Part shown: in pieces, positions 16,971-25,018 of the stretch
Position numbering within the stretch: the first letter of the stretch is position 1
How the letters are laid out: every line of letters begins with the position of its first letter
Assembly (NCBI GenBank): GCA_032128115.1
Contig: JAQBHB010000084.1
Coordinates: 1-60,307, forward strand
Source of the DNA: Deltaproteobacteria bacterium
GTDB lineage: Bacteria > Myxococcota_A > UBA9160 > SMWR01
Reading direction: 5' to 3'
Length of the DNA stretch: 60,307 bases
The notes under the pieces: model-generated
The model's input: only the letters and a program-made list of their open reading frames with translations
Database searches by the model: none
Told to the model about the DNA's origin: nothing
Program-made: the position numbers and the translations under genes

Positions 16971-18590
16971 GGTGTCATCTTCCAGAGGCCCCGACAGGAA
17001 GCCGTTGGCGCCATAGATGTCCAGGCGGCCATCGTTGTCGAAGTCGAGCCAGACCGATCCCCAGGCCCAACCGCTGTCCTGGGTGCCGCTCTCCCTCGCG
17101 ATCTCGCGGAAGCGGCCGTCGCCCAGGTTCTCGTAGAAGCGATTGCCGCGAAACCAGGAGCGGACCGCCTCGCGCACGTACGGACGGAACATCAGGTCGA
17201 CGATGCGCGGAACGCGCGCGATGCGGAAGTCGGGTGCCTCCAGCACCCAGGCCGAACCCGAGCGCATGCCGCCGACGAACAGGTCGAAGTCTCCGTCGCC
17301 ATCGAAGTCGCCCCAGTCGGCGCTCATGCTGGCCACGGGTCGGGTGATGCCCGCCTCCTCGGTCACGTCGGTGAAGCGCCCGGCCCCATCGTTGCGGTAG
17401 AGGCGGTCGCGCCCGAAGTCGTTGCCCACGAAGAAATCCACGTCGCCGTCCAGGTCGTAGTCGGCGGCCGCCGGCGAGAGCGACCACCCCGTGTTCCCGA
17501 CGCCCGCTTCGCGGGTTACGTCGCGAAAGCTGCCGTTCCCGTTGTTCAGGAACAGCTGGTCGGCGCGGGCATTGTTGGCGTTGCCCGGCGGATTCGGGGC
17601 CTTCCGGAAGACGTTCTCGTGGTTGGCCAGGAACAGGTCCACGAGGCCATCGCCGTCGAAATCGGCTGCATTGGCGCTGATGGTGCGCTGGGATGTCACG
17701 AGACCCGAATGCTCCACCGGCTCGAAGCGCCCGCCATGGTTCTGGAACAGCAGGGGCTGGGCGTCCTCGGCGCCCACGAACAGGTCCTTGCGGCCGTCAT
17801 TGTCGAAGTCGAAGGGCAGCGCCATGGTGAGCACACCACCGGGCTGCGGCCCCAGACCCCACTTCTGCGTGGCGTTCACGAAGTGGCCCCGGCGATTCAG
17901 GAACAGCTCGATGCGATCGCCCGACAGCAGGAAGACGTCGGTCCAGCCGTCGTCGTCCACGTCCGTCGCCGCCACACCCGAACCGAACACGTACTTCTGG
18001 GGCTGGCCGTCTGCATCGTCGATGGGTCGCATCTCGTGCTGGAACCACAGGCCGCGAATCTGGGTCTCGTCCACGAAGTGGACCTTCGGCGCGCCGATCA
18101 CCCGCATGGGCGTCGGCGGGTCGCTGAGAATGCGCCAGACCCCGCCTTCCCGACCCAGAGTGACGCGTTTGTACTGCTCGATGCTCAGCAGCTCCCCATC
18201 GAGCCCCACGCCCTCGGCGCGCAGGTGGAGTCGGGCCTGGATCGGGAGCGCCTCCAGATCGACGCGATCGATGGCGGTGCGCACCTCTTCGAGGTCGCGA
18301 TAGCGGGCCAGGAGCGCGAGGCTCGCCGCCGCCGCCTCGCCGCGAGCTTCCGACGCGAACAGCGCCGTCACCTCCGCCGCGTCGTCGGACGAAAGAGCGC
18401 GAGCGTAGTCGTGATGCAAGAGTTCGTGGATGGGATCCACCACGTCTCGGCGGGTCTGACTCCAGGTGGCACAGGCGGTGGACAGGGCGGCCAGTCCGAG
18501 AGGAAGAGCGAAAGGAAGAGCGAGAGAAAGAGCGACAGGAAGAGCGAGAGCCGCGCCTCGCCACGATCGCGTACGGGGGCGTTTCGTCAC
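16968..18590 (-). CDS. Lipoprotein with NTF2-like N-domain and FG-GAP/VCBS repeats (N-terminal part of a CRTAC1-like protein)
   Basis: Lipobox LAALSTAC; repeated DxDxDG motifs (DVDDDG, DFDNDG, DFDGDG, DYDLDG). GTG 18590 overlaps the upstream stop (GTGA). Ends NGFLSGPLEDDT-TGA. Confidence 0.85.
   Translation of the reverse strand: MTKRPRTRSWRGAALALPVALSLALPFALPLGLAALSTACATWSQTRRDVVDPIHELLHHDYARALSSDDAAEVTALFASEARGEAAAASLALLARYRDLEEVRTAIDRVDLEALPIQARLHLRAEGVGLDGELLSIEQYKRVTLGREGGVWRILSDPPTPMRVIGAPKVHFVDETQIRGLWFQHEMRPIDDADGQPQKYVFGSGVAATDVDDDGWTDVFLLSGDRIELFLNRRGHFVNATQKWGLGPQPGGVLTMALPFDFDNDGRKDLFVGAEDAQPLLFQNHGGRFEPVEHSGLVTSQRTISANAADFDGDGLVDLFLANHENVFRKAPNPPGNANNARADQLFLNNGNGSFRDVTREAGVGNTGWSLSPAAADYDLDGDVDFFVGNDFGRDRLYRNDGAGRFTDVTEEAGITRPVASMSADWGDFDGDGDFDLFVGGMRSGSAWVLEAPDFRIARVPRIVDLMFRPYVREAVRSWFRGNRFYENLGDGRFREIARESGTQDSGWAWGSVWLDFDNDGRLDIYGANGFLSGPLEDDT
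18498..18550. repeat. 12-bp degenerate repeat in the signal-peptide coding region
   Basis: GGAAGAGCGAAA-like units encoding LALPVALSLALPFALPL. Confidence 0.7.
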
Positions 18591-19429
18591 GGATGGGTTC
18601 CCTCGAGGTCCGCCGACTTCGCCCGATCTCCCCGGGCATCCCCGGCCTCGAGATTCCAGGTGGTGAAAAGGGCGTCGGGAATGGCCGGGCGCAGGTCGTA
18701 GCGCTCGGTATCGACACGGGTCTCGGAGCGGATGCGGGGCGTGGCGATCGCCATCCGGAAGGGGATGAAGCGGTCCCCGATGGACCGCACCTGCGAGAGA
18801 TCGGTCTCCAGGCGTTTGACCACCTGACCCTCGCGATAGAACTCGGTCCAGTGGATCACGGCGCGCTCGGGCTCGATGCACGAAATCATGCGCTCGTAGG
18901 TGGACTCGAAGGGGGGGCGGGCGCGGATCTCCAGGCGGGCACACACCGGAGCGTCGTCCCGCATCTCCATGCCCAGCCAGCTGGCGCGGTAATCGGCGGC
19001 CTGCTTGGGCTCGACGTCTTCGTAGCAGAGGTCCGTGCCGAAGAACGCGTCGCGTCGTTGCGAGGACGACAGGTGCCGCGTGCGGCGCACGGCGGGCAGG
19101 TAGACGAACAGGTCGTCCGAGGCGCCGTCGTTCTCGAGGATCAGGATCGAGGTATGGCGCACGTCGTAGGGCGCCAGGAAGCGCACCAGCGCCTTGCCGG
19201 GCCGCACGCTCTGGCGCCGGGTGATCTGCAGCTGCCGCGACATCTCGCGCCCGCCGCGCGCACGCGTGGTGAGTCGCAGGGTCTGGATGTAATCGTCGGC
19301 GTAGAGGTTGGCGAAGGCGCGCTCGAGCAGCACCTGGGCGGTCCCCGGCGCGGGCGTCGCGTCGCGCGGCTGCGCCGCCGCCACGGCTGCCAGCCCCACG
19401 CCCAGTGCCAGCAACGCCACCGCCCGCAT
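18587..19429 (-). CDS. Outer-membrane lipoprotein-sorting (LolA-like, TP0789-type) periplasmic protein
   Basis: Signal peptide; LVRFLAPYDVRHTSIL, DDLFVYLPAVRRTRHL and FFGTDLCYED motifs. Confidence 0.85.
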   Translation of the reverse strand: MRAVALLALGVGLAAVAAAQPRDATPAPGTAQVLLERAFANLYADDYIQTLRLTTRARGGREMSRQLQITRRQSVRPGKALVRFLAPYDVRHTSILILENDGASDDLFVYLPAVRRTRHLSSSQRRDAFFGTDLCYEDVEPKQAADYRASWLGMEMRDDAPVCARLEIRARPPFESTYERMISCIEPERAVIHWTEFYREGQVVKRLETDLSQVRSIGDRFIPFRMAIATPRIRSETRVDTERYDLRPAIPDALFTTWNLEAGDARGDRAKSADLEGTHP

Positions 19430-19437
19430 CGGCGCCG

Positions 19438-19443
19438 AGTATA
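19438..19443 (-). promoter_or_regulatory. Putative -10 box (TATACT) 8 nt before ATG 19429; likely leaderless start of the operon
   Basis: Minus strand GATATACTCGGCGCCG-ATG, with no Shine-Dalgarno. Confidence 0.5.
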
Positions 19444-19466
19444 TCGGCTGCCAGGAGTCGCCCAGA

Positions 19467-19498
19467 AAGGAAAACGCCCCGACCGAGGTCGGGGCGTT
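19467..19498 (-). terminator. Rho-independent terminator
   Basis: Perfect inverted repeat AACGCCCCGACC/GGTCGGGGCGTT running into TTTTCCTTT on the minus strand. Confidence 0.8.
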
Positions 19499-19525
19499 GT
19501 GAGTCGAGAGATCTCTCGACCGCCA

Positions 19526-19597
19526 TTTCCTGCGCCCGTGCCACGCCAGGCCGAGCAGTCCCGCCGCCAGCAGCAGGCCCGTGCGCGGCTCGGGCAC
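19526..19597 (-). pseudogene. Orphan PEP-CTERM sorting-signal remnant
   Basis: VPEPRTGLLLAAGLLGLAWHGRRK with no plausible passenger domain upstream; followed by a terminator. Confidence 0.65.
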
Positions 19598-19682
19598 GAG
19601 GCGGCGGCATCCAGATGGACCCCGTCGCAGCCCCCACCGCGCTATCCTGCCGCGGCCCGGAATCACCCAGGGAGACCCTCCC

Positions 19683-21521
19683 ATGCGCCGCCTTGCAACT
19701 GACTTTGGCCTGATTTCCCTCGTCCTCAGCCTGGCCTGCTCCGGCGGCCCCGAGCGGCCCGCGGCGGCGGCGAGCCCTGCCACGCTCCGAAAGCCCCCGG
19801 CAGGGGCCGTGGTGGGCTCCGAGGGCCACTACGGCAACCACGTGTGGAGGGGCATCCCGTTCGCCCAGCCCCCGGTCGGCAAGCTGCGCTGGCGGGCGCC
19901 CCAGGCGCTGGCGGCATGGGACGGCAGCCGCGAGGCCCTGGCCTTCGGATCCTCGTGTCCGCAGTTTGCGAGCCCGATCGGCGGCGACGACTCAGCCGAC
20001 CTCGGCACCCCGGTGGGCAGCGAGGACTGCCTGTTCCTGAACGTGTACGCGCCCGCCCTCGCCCCGGATCAGGTTCCCTCCGGCGGCAAGCGCCTGCCGG
20101 TGATGTTCTGGATCCACGGGGGGGGCAACACCATCGGCACCTCGGCCTTCTACAACGGCGGCAACCTGGCGGCCAGTGAATCGGTGGTGGTGGTGACGCT
20201 CAACTACCGCCTGGGACCCTTTGGCTGGTTCCGACACCCGTCGCTGGCACCCGACGCGACGCCTGCGGAGCGCTCGGGCAACTTCGCGGTGCTCGACCTG
20301 ATCCAGGGCCTCATCTGGGTGCGCGACAACATCGCCGCATTCGGGGGCGACCCGGACAACGTCACGATCTTCGGCGAGTCCGCGGGCGGCCAGAACGTGG
20401 CCATGCTGCTGGCGTCGCCCCTGTCCGAGGGCCTGTTCGACCGGGCGATCGTCCAGAGCGGCAGCACCCGGAGCACCCGCCTGTCATTGGCGTCGAATTA
20501 CCGCGACGACACCAGCCCGGGTGACGAGAACTCGGCCCAGGAGGTGGCGCTGCGACTTCTGGTATCCCAGGGCGAGGCGAGCGATCGGGCCGAAGCCAAG
20601 CAGTACGCCCTGTCGAAGAACGGACTCCGGCTCGGCTACTGGCTTCGCAACGTTCCGGCGGAAGACCTGCTGAACTCCTACCCCAGCGAGACGGTGGGCA
20701 TGTACGACCTGCCCCAGGCCATGCAGGACGGGACGGTGCTTCCGATTCGCCCGCTCTCGGAAGTGGTGCTCGCCGGCGACATCCATCCGGTGCCACTCAT
20801 GCTCGGCACCAACCGGGACGAGAACAAGCTCTTCCTGTTCCTGGACCCGAAGCTGGTGCGCCAGTGGTTTGGCCTGCTGCCCCAGGTACTGGACGAGGCG
20901 CGTTACGAGGTGGTGAGCGAGTACCAGAGCCGAAGCTGGAAAGCCGACGGCGCCGACGAGATCGCCATCGCCCTGGCGGCGCAACGCCGCGACGACGTCT
21001 TCGTCTACCGCTTCGACTGGGACGAGGAGCCTTCGCTGCTGTGGTTCGATCTGGGCCAGTTGCTTGGGGCCTCCCACGGCTTCGAGATTCCGTTCGTGTT
21101 CGGCCACTTCGATCTGGGTCGGGACACGGGAAGGCTGTTCGACGAAGACAATCTGGCCGGGCGCGTGGCGCTCTCCGACGCCATGATGTCCTACTGGGCG
21201 CAATTCGCGTATGCGGGGGATCCCGGAGCCGGCCGCGCCGGCGACCTGCCACGCTGGCTGGCGTGGCCGTCGGCGACCGGCGCCGACACGATGCTGGTGC
21301 TCGACACGCCCGAGGGCGGAGGCGCCCGCATGTCGCCGGAGTTCGTGACCCGTGAGGGCCTGATCGCCGACTTCGCCGCCGATCCACGGCTGGCCGACCT
21401 GGCCTTCCGCTGCAGTGTCCTCGACTCCATGATGGAGTGGTCCGACAGCTTCGACGAGAGCACCTACGCAAGCGCTGGCTGCGCCGAGCTGCCCACCGTG
21501 GCGGCGGCGGCGGGAAACTAG
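19683..21521 (+). CDS. Type-B carboxylesterase/lipase, lipoprotein
   Basis: Lipobox LSLAC; WRGIPFAQPP, EDCLFLNV, HGGG, FGGDPDNVTIFGESAGG, GASHGFEI. Confidence 0.93.
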   Translation: MRRLATDFGLISLVLSLACSGGPERPAAAASPATLRKPPAGAVVGSEGHYGNHVWRGIPFAQPPVGKLRWRAPQALAAWDGSREALAFGSSCPQFASPIGGDDSADLGTPVGSEDCLFLNVYAPALAPDQVPSGGKRLPVMFWIHGGGNTIGTSAFYNGGNLAASESVVVVTLNYRLGPFGWFRHPSLAPDATPAERSGNFAVLDLIQGLIWVRDNIAAFGGDPDNVTIFGESAGGQNVAMLLASPLSEGLFDRAIVQSGSTRSTRLSLASNYRDDTSPGDENSAQEVALRLLVSQGEASDRAEAKQYALSKNGLRLGYWLRNVPAEDLLNSYPSETVGMYDLPQAMQDGTVLPIRPLSEVVLAGDIHPVPLMLGTNRDENKLFLFLDPKLVRQWFGLLPQVLDEARYEVVSEYQSRSWKADGADEIAIALAAQRRDDVFVYRFDWDEEPSLLWFDLGQLLGASHGFEIPFVFGHFDLGRDTGRLFDEDNLAGRVALSDAMMSYWAQFAYAGDPGAGRAGDLPRWLAWPSATGADTMLVLDTPEGGGARMSPEFVTREGLIADFAADPRLADLAFRCSVLDSMMEWSDSFDESTYASAGCAELPTVAAAAGN

Positions 21522-22519
21522 AGCCGCAGCCCCAGCTGACGGATCCGGTAGCGCAGGGTGCTGCGCGGCACGCCGAGCCTTCGGGCGGTGCGAGATACGT
21601 TGCCGCGCTCGGCGACCAGGGCAACGGCGATCCTCTCGCGCTCCTGCGTTGCACCCCCCTGCCAGGGCGCCGAGTCCGTGGCGATTCCGTGCAGGGACCA
21701 CGCCTGCTCGCGAGCCAGGAACTCGTCCAGATGCTTCTCCACCAGGTCCTGCCCGGGCTTCTCGATCACGAAGCGCTCCAGGAGATTCATGAGCTCTCGC
21801 ACGTTACCGGGCCACGCGTAGCACCCGAGGCGGTCCAGGAAGTCCGCGCGCGGTCTCGGGGCTTCCGCCCCCGCCCGCTCCGCCAGCTGCAACAGCAGCC
21901 GCGGCGCCAGCAGCGACAGGTCCCCTGGCCTTTCGCGGAGTGGCGGAATCCGGATCTCGAACACGTTGAGGCGGAAGAGCAGGTCGGCCCGGAAGCAGCC
22001 ATCGCTCACCGCCCGCCGCAGGTCCCGGTTGCTGGCCGCGATCACCCGCGCCGTCATGGTTCGCGTGGCCGAACCGCCCACCCGCTCGAACTCCCGATCC
22101 TGGAGCACGCGAAGCAGCTTGGCCTGGAGACCCGGCTCCAGATCCCCGATCTCGTCCAGGAAGAGCGTCCCCCCCTGGGCCCGCTCGAAGCGACCCAGTC
22201 GCCGACCCACCGCGCCCGTGAAGGCACCCCGCTCGTGGCCGAAGAGTTCGCTGTCGACCACGCTGCTGGCGAGGGCTGCGCAATCCACGTGCACGAAGGG
22301 CAGTTGGCTTCGCTTGGAGAGGCGGTGGAGTTCGCGCGCCACCACCCCCTTGCCGCAGCCGGTCTCTCCGCTGAGGAGAACCGTGGAGGCCGTCGTCGCC
22401 ACCGCCTCGATCTGACGTCGCACACTCTCGATGGCCGGGCTCGACCCGATCAAGGCGCTCCTTCCCGCAGCCATCCGCTTCAACCCGATCCACTCCGCTC
22501 GACGGAGCCCAGCATCCAC
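21518..22519 (-). CDS. Sigma-54 enhancer-binding protein (AAA+ and Fis HTH, no N-terminal sensor)
   Basis: GETGCGK, SELFGHERGAFTGA, FLDEIG, WPGNVREL, C-terminal HTH. Start 22519 or ATG 22474. Confidence 0.92.
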   Translation of the reverse strand: MDAGLRRAEWIGLKRMAAGRSALIGSSPAIESVRRQIEAVATTASTVLLSGETGCGKGVVARELHRLSKRSQLPFVHVDCAALASSVVDSELFGHERGAFTGAVGRRLGRFERAQGGTLFLDEIGDLEPGLQAKLLRVLQDREFERVGGSATRTMTARVIAASNRDLRRAVSDGCFRADLLFRLNVFEIRIPPLRERPGDLSLLAPRLLLQLAERAGAEAPRPRADFLDRLGCYAWPGNVRELMNLLERFVIEKPGQDLVEKHLDEFLAREQAWSLHGIATDSAPWQGGATQERERIAVALVAERGNVSRTARRLGVPRSTLRYRIRQLGLRL

Positions 22520-22722
22520 CTGCTATTTCGCGCGGCTCCCCGAGCGAGTCAACGCACAATCCAGGCCGATGGCGGTCGCCTTGCCGCCACCCGTCCGGGC
22601 GCGATCGGCGTCGGCACGGATGCGCGCGCCCACCTCCCGGTCGACCTTCGTGTAAACTGGGACGCCCGGCGCCGCCCACGGCGGGGCCACCGAACCGGAA
22701 GATTCGCGACAGGAGGGTTCCC

Positions 22723-23859
22723 ATGAGCGGCCAGGGTGATCCGATGCAACGCGTGATGGACGGACGCAGCTGGGAGGAATTCTGCGACACGCTGAAGGCG
22801 GCCGGATCCGTCGTGCTCAGTGAAACTTCACCCGACAATCCATTCGACCGTGCCGAGGGCTGGCGCTATCTGACGCGGCTCACGCGAGCCGGTCTCGAGA
22901 CCTTCGTGGAAGCCGGAGATCCCCAGGCGCCGGAGTTCGCTCGCACCGCCCACGAGACCATCAAGATGGGCATGGACAACCCGGACAACGTCTACCAGAG
23001 CGCGCCCATCCACGGCGAGTACGAGTATCGGATCCACGGCACCCGGGGCAGCGTGCACTATCTGGGCTTTGGCACCCAGGCGGGAAACTACGGCGCAACG
23101 GGCACCCTGACGACCACGGGCTACCTGGAAGCGAAAGATCTCGAGATCGGGCCCGACGGCAGCTTCGAGATTCTCGTGAGCGCAAAGCCCGATGCAGGGC
23201 AGCGCGCGGTGAACGTGCTGCCCATGGCGCCCGAGAGCCGCACCCTCATCATCCGCCAGACGCGACTCGACCACGAGAAGGAGGAGATTGCGAAGATCAA
23301 GATGGAGCGGATCGACGGCCCCAACCGGCCGCGGTATCTGGAGCCGGAGCGCATGGACCGGGCCCTGAAGAGCGCGTCCCAATTCGTGATGGGCTGCGCC
23401 AAGCTCTTCAACCACTGGGCCGACGGCTTCAAGAAACACACCAACAAGCTGCCGCGCTTCGACCCCGAGACGGCGCGAATTGCCGGCGGCGACCCGAACA
23501 TCGCCTATTTCCACAGCTACTGGAAGCTGGCTCCGGATGAGGCCCTGGTGATCGAGACGACACCGCCGGAGTGCGACTACTGGAACTTCCAGGTGAGCAA
23601 CCACTGGCTCGAGTCACTCGACTACCGCTACTTCCGCATCCACGTGAACAACCACACCGCCAGCCTGAAGCCGGACGGCTCGGTGCGCGTCATCCTTTCG
23701 CACCAGCGACCCGAGCCGGGACGAGAGGGAAGTGACACCTGGCTCGACACCTGCGGCCACGATCGCGGAACCATGTGCTGGCGCTGGATCCGGGCCCGCG
23801 AACACCCGGAGCCCCAGACCCGCGTCGTGAAGGTGGCGGAGCTGCTGGCCCGTGACTGA
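22723..23859 (+). CDS. DUF1214-domain protein
   Basis: DRAEGWRYLTRL, MGMDNPDNVY, YWNFQ..NHWLESLDYR, WLDTCGH. Confidence 0.8.
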   Translation: MSGQGDPMQRVMDGRSWEEFCDTLKAAGSVVLSETSPDNPFDRAEGWRYLTRLTRAGLETFVEAGDPQAPEFARTAHETIKMGMDNPDNVYQSAPIHGEYEYRIHGTRGSVHYLGFGTQAGNYGATGTLTTTGYLEAKDLEIGPDGSFEILVSAKPDAGQRAVNVLPMAPESRTLIIRQTRLDHEKEEIAKIKMERIDGPNRPRYLEPERMDRALKSASQFVMGCAKLFNHWADGFKKHTNKLPRFDPETARIAGGDPNIAYFHSYWKLAPDEALVIETTPPECDYWNFQVSNHWLESLDYRYFRIHVNNHTASLKPDGSVRVILSHQRPEPGREGSDTWLDTCGHDRGTMCWRWIRAREHPEPQTRVVKVAELLARD

Positions 23860-25009
23860 CCCCGTGGATTTCTCGGAAGCGGCGATGCTCGAGGCCGCTC
23901 GCCAGGCCACGGGTCTCGACGATTTTGGCGACCCGGGCTTTCGCGAGGGCTTGCGGGTGCTGCTGGCCACCTACGACGAGACGGCGGGCTTCAACGCCAA
24001 GGGACGCCGCCGTTTCCAGCGGCGCCTGCTGCAGCTGCTCTCCCAGCGTCTGAAGATCGAGGCGGCCTTCAGCCGCCATCCCGAGGTGCGCGAGCGCCGC
24101 ATCGCGGGCCCCATGTATCTCACCGGCCTGCCCCGCACTGGAACCTCGGCGCTGTTCAACCTGCTGGGCATGGACCCGGCGGCGCGCCCGCTGCTGCTGT
24201 GGGAGGGGATCTTCCCGGATCCGCTCGAAGATCTGGCGCCCGGGCAGACCGATCCGCGCCTGGCGGCCCTGCGTGCCCATTACCAACGGGGCCGCGAGAC
24301 GAACCCGGACTTCACGAAGATCCACTTTGCCGACGCGGACACGCCCGAAGAGTGCGTGATGCTGCTGGCTCACACGTTCTGCGATGTACAGATGGGGATC
24401 GAGCCCCTGATGGAGCCCTACGCGTCGTGGTTCCAGAAACAGGACCTGCGAGCCTCGTACGCCTACTACCACGATCTGCTGAAGCTGCTCGACTGGCAGC
24501 GACCCGGCGATCGTTGGCTGCTGAAGTCGCCGGCCCACCTGTGGGCCCTGGACATCCTGGTCGAGATGTTCCCCGACACGTGCATCATCCTCACCCATCG
24601 CAATCCGCTGGAGATCCTGCCGTCCTACTGCAGCATGATGGCGTCGCTGATGGTGGCGCGAGAAGCGCTCGACCCCCACGAGCTGGGGCCCACGGTGCTG
24701 GAATACCTGGCGCGCTCGCTTACGCGCGCCCTCGCGGCGCGCGACCGCTCCGATCCGAAGCGCTTCCTCGACGTGGACTATCGGTCCTTCGTCGCCGATC
24801 CCATGAGCAGCATCGAACGCATCTACGGCCACTTCGGACTGGAGCTTTCGCCCGAGTCGGAAGCCGGCATGCGCGGCCACGTACGCGACAACCCGCGAGG
24901 CAAGCACGGCGCCCACCGGTATGGCCTGTCCGAATACGGGCTCACGCCCGAAGCCGTGATCGGGCGCCTGGCGCCCTACATCGAGCGATTCCAGATTCCC
25001 GTTGACTGA
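23852..25009 (+). CDS. Sulfotransferase (Sulfotransfer_3 family)
   Basis: PAPS-binding GLPRTGTS, WLLKSPAH, THRNP, GKHGAHRY. Confidence 0.9.
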   Translation: MTDPVDFSEAAMLEAARQATGLDDFGDPGFREGLRVLLATYDETAGFNAKGRRRFQRRLLQLLSQRLKIEAAFSRHPEVRERRIAGPMYLTGLPRTGTSALFNLLGMDPAARPLLLWEGIFPDPLEDLAPGQTDPRLAALRAHYQRGRETNPDFTKIHFADADTPEECVMLLAHTFCDVQMGIEPLMEPYASWFQKQDLRASYAYYHDLLKLLDWQRPGDRWLLKSPAHLWALDILVEMFPDTCIILTHRNPLEILPSYCSMMASLMVAREALDPHELGPTVLEYLARSLTRALAARDRSDPKRFLDVDYRSFVADPMSSIERIYGHFGLELSPESEAGMRGHVRDNPRGKHGAHRYGLSEYGLTPEAVIGRLAPYIERFQIPVD

Positions 25010-25018
25010 GGACCGAGA

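Noticed and set aside
18591..19841. 5' extension of the 957-aa ORF 16968-19841
   Set aside because: Overlaps the LolA-like gene in another frame; the real start is GTG 18590 with a lipoprotein signal.
22609..22630. Possible sigma-54 promoter TCGGCACGGATGCGC
   Set aside because: The -24 half is plausible but the TTGC -12 element is missing.
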